DNA of 22,996 nucleotides from a virus (Duplodnaviria; Heunggongvirae; Uroviricota; Caudoviricetes): IMG/VR virus record IMGVR_UViG_2698536401_000001; one strand, 5' to 3'. Shown piece by piece: positions 17,292 to 22,996 of this stretch (position 1 is its first letter; each line of letters starts with the position of its first letter). The notes under the pieces were generated by a model. It saw only the letters and a program-made list of their open reading frames with translations, ran no database searches and was not told where the DNA came from. The position numbers and the translations under genes were made by a program.

Positions 17292-18609
17292 TCTCTATGT
17301 CCTCGTCGGTAATGGATGCCCCGATGCCGGTGACGTCAGAGTTTTCGCGCAGGTCGGTCATTGCCGCCTTACGCGTCATCAATCCGTCGCCCAGCGCGGT
17401 GCTGATCGCGTTGGTGGTATTTACGGCCACCGTTGAGCGGTCAACGTCAGACATTTGCCATAGCGGGTTAAACTCAAACGTGAAATCGTCCGGCAGTGGC
17501 TTACCGAGTTCCGAGCGGTGCATAATGTCCAGTATCCGGCGCATCGGCAGCCGTAAGCGGCGCTCCTGCAATGAGCTCACCCGGTCGTAATAGTTGGCAA
17601 GATCTGCATCACCGGTAGAAAATCCTTTCGGGGACTGTCCGAACAACCGCACCAGTGGAATACCAACAGCGCCACTAATCTGTTCTGCAAACTGCGATAG
17701 GATGTCATCCAGACCACTGAAGCTGTACTGATGCGTTTCAAACTTATCCCGCGAGTCCATGAGCGTCATGCCTTCATTGCTCTGGAACTGTCGAATCAGG
17801 TCGATATTCTTCAGCAACGCTTCATACGCAGGACCACCAAGTGCGATAAGCTCGCGTAGCTTCTCCACGCTGTAGGTACGCAAATGCGCTTTGTAGACCA
17901 GCTGCGCCGCGCCGACAGTGGCGCTGTCGAACGCAGTAAGCCGATCCCAGATACGCTCTACAACCGACATTCCCCATTCGTTTTCGGTCATCTTCTGCTG
18001 GAATGGCAGCGTCACCCCGTCGAAGCGAATCAGGCGGCTGTGATGGATGCGCCAGGCTGGAATGCCCGTGGCAGTGGTCACCACGTCGTAAAACTCAGGT
18101 TTGCCGAGATCCGGCCCCATCTCTTTAATGCGGCGGGTCAGGACCGGGTTAATCATCCAGCGGTCGAGCGGGAGAATGCCCTTAAACTTGCCTTCTCCAA
18201 TGGTTTCGAGCCGCAGCGGGGTCATTGGTGCCTGCCCCTCGATCATGATGAAGCCGACCGCGCCGCCGTAGAGGCGCGACCATTTCAGCACGTCGTTCAG
18301 CGCATCCCAGATCTGCAACTCATCCAGCTGCGCTTCCAGGGTGCCACGGTCTTTGGCGTCAATCTCCGAAGTGATGCGAATGCCTTTCCGGGTCATATCG
18401 TCCGGGATAGCGTCGACCGCTTCGCCGATGATCCAGGACGAACGATAGGACCATTCCACCAGCATGCGGTTGCGGCTGGTGAAGTTAGCCCGGTAGGTCG
18501 ATGCTGAGTGCTGGTTAGGCGTCTGTATCCCTACGCGGGCAATAAAATTCTCATAACCATCAGCTGTGGCCTGCGCAGTTCGCCGCAGGGCTTGTTTGTT
18601 TCGTGCCAT
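17140..18609 (-). CDS. portal protein
   Basis: 489 aa ORF directly downstream of the large terminase with an ATGA overlap. Acidic C-terminal tail. Confidence 0.65.
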   Translation of the reverse strand: MARNKQALRRTAQATADGYENFIARVGIQTPNQHSASTYRANFTSRNRMLVEWSYRSSWIIGEAVDAIPDDMTRKGIRITSEIDAKDRGTLEAQLDELQIWDALNDVLKWSRLYGGAVGFIMIEGQAPMTPLRLETIGEGKFKGILPLDRWMINPVLTRRIKEMGPDLGKPEFYDVVTTATGIPAWRIHHSRLIRFDGVTLPFQQKMTENEWGMSVVERIWDRLTAFDSATVGAAQLVYKAHLRTYSVEKLRELIALGGPAYEALLKNIDLIRQFQSNEGMTLMDSRDKFETHQYSFSGLDDILSQFAEQISGAVGIPLVRLFGQSPKGFSTGDADLANYYDRVSSLQERRLRLPMRRILDIMHRSELGKPLPDDFTFEFNPLWQMSDVDRSTVAVNTTNAISTALGDGLMTRKAAMTDLRENSDVTGIGASITDEDIENAEDEAPPGIGELGDNPPESPGGDPISNEPTADSAGGRGYRKWALRWFKR

Positions 18610-20231
18610 CAGGCCTGTCTCCCTAGCAGTTCCCAGATGTTCAGGGCTGAATTCATTGGGGCATAGTTGATCATCACCGAGTCGGCAAGGTTTGGCGATC
18701 GGGTTCCATCAGGCTGTTTATCAATAACGATTTTTCCCACACCATTAATGGAATAGGTCGGCTGCGAAAGCTCGATGATGAGTTTATCTTTGAGTGCCAT
18801 GCTACTGCTGATTGAGATGATTTCGTCCGGGTTGTAAGCCATACCTTCAACCACGGCGCGCCAGGTATTCTGAAAAAGTTTACGTAACCGCCACCAGCTC
18901 TGGGCTTTGGCGTTAGCGAAGAAGTCCTTGTTCAGACGTGCGGCTTGCCCGTTGTCCCCGCGAACAGCTTCATCATCCGGATCAAATACCGCGCCACTAC
19001 CTCGAAACGGTGTGGCAAGTATTGACGGTCGACGCGCAGCGTTACGCAGTTCGTTGATAGCGCGTGCATCGCCGCGAACGCCAGCGCCCAGCCCGTCCTC
19101 GTCAAAGCGAAACTCTTCGAGGTTGTCCTGTTCGCAAAAGCCGAAAACCTTCTCGACGGACTGATAAATGTCGCTGCCCACACCGGACCATTCCCGCACA
19201 TTTTCCAGGAGGAAGCCATGACGGGTGGAAAAGGCATTTTTGTCCCTGCCTTCGTCGGCGACATCCATCGCGCCAAGTCGTTTGCCTGTTGGCTGGATAC
19301 CCAGTTTGATATGCGCATCAACGGCAGCCTGTACCCATTCGGATGGAATCAGAACGCCTTCCGCTGATGCGCTGTAGTTCAGATCAAGTTCCTGTGCCAC
19401 CACCACCGGATTATCGATTTTCTCGCATTCCCTGCGATACCACTCTTCATCCTTGCGAGGATCATCCCGCCAGTGGAATGTGAATACCGGTATCTTCCCG
19501 CCATGACGCTTCTGAGCGAACGGGTTAGCCATGCCGTTAACTGAACTCAGGTCGATACGGCAACGCGTCGTTTGTGACAACGCCGCATCAATCAGCAGAG
19601 GACGCTGAAGGAATGCAGCCTCATCAACCAGATAAAGCGTGGTACGGTCACCACGACCAATATTATCGCCAGCCTCGCCTTTGATAACGGCACCAGTTTC
19701 AGGAAACTCAACACGCATATATGGCGCGTGCTTCTTCTCACTCCACGAACCGCGAAACTCTACAGGTAGCGTTTCCACGAACTTGCGTGCCTTCCAGAAC
19801 AATGCTTTCGGGTCACCAGTGCTGTCGACGTATTCCTCTTTACGGGAGCCGAAACCGATAACCATTTCTTTGTTGAAGAGACAAAGCGAGCAGGCCAGTC
19901 CGATCGCGGTCCAACTGAGCCCCATTTCACGGGATTTTTCGGTAATACCATTCTCCCGATTGCCCCAGCGTTCCATAATCCAGTGGATCCACTCCTCCTG
20001 CTTAGGGAAGAGTAAAAACGGAATGGTCACCGGCAGGCCATAATCAATATTACGCGGGTCCGTTGTCATGCCCCAGTCGATGATGAACTGAGCCGGATTG
20101 GTTCGGTAAAACTGCTTCAATACGGGCAATATTTCAGGATTCTGGCGAATGCGCTGTAGGCGTTCCATCCGCCATTCAAAAACCATCTGGTAATCAGGAT
20201 GTTTAAAATCGAAGGGGAATGGTAACGGCAT
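18609..20231 (-). CDS. terminase large subunit
   Basis: 540 aa ORF directly after the small terminase. Contains a DEAAF-like segment ([12 protein letters not shown]) consistent with a terminase ATPase Walker B region. Confidence 0.75.
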   Translation of the reverse strand: MPLPFPFDFKHPDYQMVFEWRMERLQRIRQNPEILPVLKQFYRTNPAQFIIDWGMTTDPRNIDYGLPVTIPFLLFPKQEEWIHWIMERWGNRENGITEKSREMGLSWTAIGLACSLCLFNKEMVIGFGSRKEEYVDSTGDPKALFWKARKFVETLPVEFRGSWSEKKHAPYMRVEFPETGAVIKGEAGDNIGRGDRTTLYLVDEAAFLQRPLLIDAALSQTTRCRIDLSSVNGMANPFAQKRHGGKIPVFTFHWRDDPRKDEEWYRRECEKIDNPVVVAQELDLNYSASAEGVLIPSEWVQAAVDAHIKLGIQPTGKRLGAMDVADEGRDKNAFSTRHGFLLENVREWSGVGSDIYQSVEKVFGFCEQDNLEEFRFDEDGLGAGVRGDARAINELRNAARRPSILATPFRGSGAVFDPDDEAVRGDNGQAARLNKDFFANAKAQSWWRLRKLFQNTWRAVVEGMAYNPDEIISISSSMALKDKLIIELSQPTYSINGVGKIVIDKQPDGTRSPNLADSVMINYAPMNSALNIWELLGRQA

Positions 20232-20233
20232 AC

Positions 20234-20785
20234 TTAGCCCATCATTTTTCTATACGCCTCTGCAGCCTGCTCCGGCGTTAAGTTGGTAATTTCTGTTCTG
20301 ACTGGTCCTCCATCAGCGCCAGTCACTTCATTTTTGACGTTGTCTTTAAACGCCTGAACAGAAACATGACGCCCAAGCAACTCAAGGTTTTTAACCTTAT
20401 CAGGCCATTTGATTTTCTTCAGAAGTGCGGCGCTATCTGCGGATACCATCTCCACGACATCCATTCCTGATAGCGTTGTGCGCCATACCTTAGGCCAGTC
20501 TTTAATGGGCTTTAGCTCACCGTTTTGCAGGAGAATGTCGAGCACATCCATCTGGTCGATTTCAATAAGGCGATTAAGTACATATTCTGCATTAATACCA
20601 ACAAGATCATTGCGTTGCGCTTTCAGTTCAGCGATTCTGAATTGTATGTCAGGTTTTGACAGGTTTTCGGATGCGGTACGGTTAGCTGTCTTTGCGCTGT
20701 ACCCCGCCCGAATAGCCGCTTGCGTGGCGTTTAAATCGATGAGGTACTCGCGACAGAACATTTCTTGCTTGTCGGTGAGTGCCAT
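20234..20785 (-). CDS. terminase small subunit
   Basis: 183 aa. N-terminus [30 protein letters not shown] matches the conserved helix-turn-helix N-terminus of small terminase subunits as I recall it. Immediately upstream of the large subunit. Confidence 0.7.
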   Translation of the reverse strand: MALTDKQEMFCREYLIDLNATQAAIRAGYSAKTANRTASENLSKPDIQFRIAELKAQRNDLVGINAEYVLNRLIEIDQMDVLDILLQNGELKPIKDWPKVWRTTLSGMDVVEMVSADSAALLKKIKWPDKVKNLELLGRHVSVQAFKDNVKNEVTGADGGPVRTEITNLTPEQAAEAYRKMMG

Positions 20786-20803
20786 TGATATACCTGAGGA
20801 AAT

Positions 20804-21353
20804 TATGAAGTTAGAAGATTTCGCAGCTTATAACCGCCCTCAATCGAAGGTGTCCGATGAGAGGAAATTTCTTGATTACATTCACAGTCGGAACAGATGG
20901 GTTGAGTTTATCAAAAGCATCGATAACGCAAAGCCAGTATCAATTGCCATGAAAAATTCATTCCATAGTCAATGGGTTGAGTCTGGGGCCTTTATACGTG
21001 AAAAGATCAACGACGACTCAATTCTCCTCAAACTATTAACGCTCTTATTGCCAACATATGATGGTGACAGCCTTGTACTTTATCGGGGGGAAAATAAAGA
21101 CAGGTTCGATAAAGGACTCATTGGATTTTGCTGGACAACGGACATTTCAGTCGCCGAGAAGTTTGGTCGTGGATTGAATGCATACAAATCACCAGGTTTG
21201 CTGTTAAGAGCTGAAGCTCCAGCCTGTTCTATATTAGCTGGCCCCAATGCCCACAGTCGTTATCTTGGTGAAAATGAGTTCACGGTTAACCCCTCGCGTC
21301 TTTCAAACATAACCGTTATTGAAACCTATCCGGACAACTCTTTTTTCAAATGA
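20804..21353 (+). CDS. hypothetical protein on the opposite strand (moron); possible ADP-ribosyltransferase-like motif pattern
   Basis: Only plus-strand gene in the window. ATG at 20804 is preceded by GAGGA; the longer track ORF from 20409 would overlap the terminase gene. Markedly AT-rich. No minus-strand ORF covers this interval. Contains ordered YRG, TTD and ENE motifs. Confidence 0.55.
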
Positions 21354-21485
21354 TGAATAAATAGATGCCCTATACTTCACCCGCCACTGGTACGCCGTTT
21401 CGATGGCCTCCCAGTCCGGTTTTGCCATGAATTTTTCCTCTTAGTGACATTATCGAAGCCCCTTATCAAAGGAGCTTCTGTAATG

Positions 21486-21698
21486 TCAGTCCCGAACGAA
21501 CGTAACCTTCGTGTTTGTCGCTCGCCGTACAAGGCGCGCCGCTTCGCGTTGCATTTCATCGATAACTTTTGGCGTCATCGGCTGATGCGCATATTTACGT
21601 TCAATCTCTGCAAAAATCCCGTTCATCGTTTCGCTGTCTGGTGGGATAACTTTAACGTTTAATCGTGCCATTGGTTTGTGCTGCCCTGTTTTTCTCAA
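21486..21698 (-). CDS. hypothetical small protein (uncertain)
   Basis: 70 aa ORF downstream of the spanin genes, overlapping the Rz1 3' end. No recognisable features. Confidence 0.2.
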   Translation of the reverse strand: MRKTGQHKPMARLNVKVIPPDSETMNGIFAEIERKYAHQPMTPKVIDEMQREAARLVRRATNTKVTFVRD

Positions 21699-21996
21699 AA
21701 GCCCTGATATCAGCCTTATCCCTGTTGCACTGTGCTAACGCTGACAACAACGCAACATTCAGGTTAAGGCTAGCTCCCCACGTAAACGGGTCGGGTAAAT
21801 CTGGCTGGGGTGTTTCATCCGTCAGACTGGCTGGTAACGGAACGACCGGCACCGACACGTATACCGTTCGCGTATTCGTGCAACCGCTTAACTGCGCCAG
21901 AAGGAACGATACGAACAGCGCAATCATCACCCGAAACAGCCACTTTGATATCTTCCTGGGTTCTCTGTGACTCCAGTGCGATCTGCTGTTTTGCAT
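21652..21996 (-). CDS. Rz1-like o-spanin lipoprotein (start uncertain)
   Basis: ORF in a different frame overlapping the 3' part of the Rz-like gene and extending past it. Contains a lipobox (LLAQLSG|C) followed by a Pro-rich segment (PVVPLPASLTDETPQPDLPDP). Start may be the internal Met at 21927. Confidence 0.5.
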   Translation of the reverse strand: MQNSRSHWSHREPRKISKWLFRVMIALFVSFLLAQLSGCTNTRTVYVSVPVVPLPASLTDETPQPDLPDPFTWGASLNLNVALLSALAQCNRDKADIRAFEKNRAAQTNGTIKR

Positions 21997-22207
21997 GCTG
22001 GTTAGCCTCTATAACTGTATTGATGATTTGCAGAGATTGCAGGACGTTACTGGTAATGGCTGTTGCAGATTCAGCATTTCGTACAGCCTCATCAGCACGC
22101 TCCTTTTCGTGCTGATATTTGCTGTAGTAATGCCCGGCAGACCAGATAAAAGAACCGATGACGGTAACAAAGAAGGCAACAATAACCAGCTTATATCTCA
22201 GCTTCAT
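21815..22207 (-). CDS. Rz-like i-spanin
   Basis: 130 aa. N-terminal transmembrane segment (LVIVAFFVTVIGSFIW) followed by a charged, probably coiled-coil periplasmic domain. Immediately downstream of the endolysin. Sequence differs from lambda Rz. Confidence 0.6.
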   Translation of the reverse strand: MKLRYKLVIVAFFVTVIGSFIWSAGHYYSKYQHEKERADEAVRNAESATAITSNVLQSLQIINTVIEANQHAKQQIALESQRTQEDIKVAVSGDDCAVRIVPSGAVKRLHEYANGIRVGAGRSVTSQSDG

Positions 22208-22667
22208 TTACCACCCCACCCGCTTCTTTAAATCGGGCAATCAGGTCACCGATTCTATGTTCATACTGACCGTAACCAGCCCCCGGCAACGAAGCCCAGA
22301 TATTGCTGCAACGGTCGATTGCCTGACGAATATCGCCGCGGTCAATCATCGGTAAAGCGCCACGCTCTTTAATCTGCTGCAGCGCTACAGCATCCTGGCT
22401 TTCTGGAGAAAAATCTTTCAGGCCAAGTTGCTTGCGGTAGGCATCCCACCAGCGTGAAAGAAGCTGGTAGCGACCGGCTGCTGTTGATTTGAGTTTGAGG
22501 TTTAGCGTGACAAGTTTGCGAGGGTGATCAGAGTAATCAGTGAATAGCTCTCCGCCTACAATGACGTCATAACCATGATTTCTGGTTTTCTGCCGTCCGT
22601 TATCAGTTCCCTCCGACCACGCCAGCATATCGAGGAACGCCTTACGTTGATTATTGATTTCCACCAT
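22191..22667 (-). CDS. R: endolysin, lambda R-type lytic transglycosylase
   Basis: 158 aa, near-identical along its length to phage lambda R as I recall it ([56 protein letters not shown]...). Confidence 0.9.
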   Translation of the reverse strand: MVEINNQRKAFLDMLAWSEGTDNGRQKTRNHGYDVIVGGELFTDYSDHPRKLVTLNLKLKSTAAGRYQLLSRWWDAYRKQLGLKDFSPESQDAVALQQIKERGALPMIDRGDIRQAIDRCSNIWASLPGAGYGQYEHRIGDLIARFKEAGGVVNEAEI

Positions 22668-22974
22668 CTTCTACTCCGGCTTTTTTAGCAGCGAAGCGTT
22701 TGATAAGCGAACCAATCGAGTCAGTACCGATGTAGCCGATGAACACGCTCGTTATATAAGCGAGATTGCTACTTAGTCCGGCGAAGTCGAGAAGGTCACG
22801 AATGAACCAGGCGATAATGGCGCACATCGTTGCGTCGATTACTGTTTTTGTAAACGCACCGCCATTATATCTGCCGCGAAGGTACGCCATTGCAAACGCA
22901 AGGATTGCCCCGATGCCTTGTTCCTTTGCCGCGAGAATGGCGGCTAACAGGTCATGTTTTTCTGGCATCTTCAT
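22651..22974 (-). CDS. S: holin, lambda S-type, with dual-start motif
   Basis: 107 aa, near-identical to phage lambda S as I recall it ([39 protein letters not shown]...), including the Met1-Lys2-Met3 dual start. Confidence 0.9.
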   Translation of the reverse strand: MKMPEKHDLLAAILAAKEQGIGAILAFAMAYLRGRYNGGAFTKTVIDATMCAIIAWFIRDLLDFAGLSSNLAYITSVFIGYIGTDSIGSLIKRFAAKKAGVEDGGNQ

Positions 22975-22996
22975 GTCTTGTCAACGACGGATGAAA

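Noticed and set aside
17884-18507. 207 aa plus-strand ORF
   Set aside because: Antisense to the portal gene, no independent signals; the minus-strand frame is the syntenic one.
20409-20803. N-terminal extension of the plus-strand ORF
   Set aside because: The extension overlaps the terminase small subunit gene on the opposite strand. An ATG with a GAGGA site at 20804 gives a start just outside the terminase gene.
21377-21559. 60 aa minus-strand ORF, very Arg/Lys-rich
   Set aside because: Overlaps the 21486..21698 ORF in another frame at minimal length. No supporting signals.
1-22996. CRISPR arrays, tRNA or rRNA genes, integrase or att sites
   Set aside because: No regularly spaced direct repeats, no cloverleaf-like candidates in the short intergenic regions, and no recombinase-like ORF. 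The window is almost entirely late-gene coding sequence.

Overview
The window reads as one contiguous late region of a tailed phage or prophage (myovirus-type contractile tail), almost entirely on the minus strand. Gene order from high to low coordinates is: lysis cassette (holin S, endolysin R, Rz/Rz1 spanins), terminase small and large subunits, portal, head morphogenesis, protease/scaffold, capsid, head-tail joining proteins, tail sheath, tail tube, tail assembly chaperone, tape measure, baseplate hub/spike/wedge, tail fiber, and a partial tail fiber assembly gene at the window edge. The holin and endolysin are near-identical to phage lambda S and R as I recall them, which points to an enterobacterial host. 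Other product calls rest on reading the translations and on gene order, with no database search. Three AT-rich inserts interrupt this backbone and are the most interesting parts: (1) a promoter-to-terminator cassette between the hub and spike genes encoding a translationally coupled pair, an unknown ~190 aa protein plus a YafO-family toxin-like protein, which is my main candidate for an undescribed toxin-antitoxin or defence module; (2) a Sec-exported small protein immediately after the hub gene; (3) a single plus-strand gene between terminase and the lysis cassette with a possible ADP-ribosyltransferase-like motif pattern. I also see a canonical -1 frameshift slippery site in the tail assembly chaperone gene. 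No rRNA, tRNA, CRISPR array or integrase was identified.
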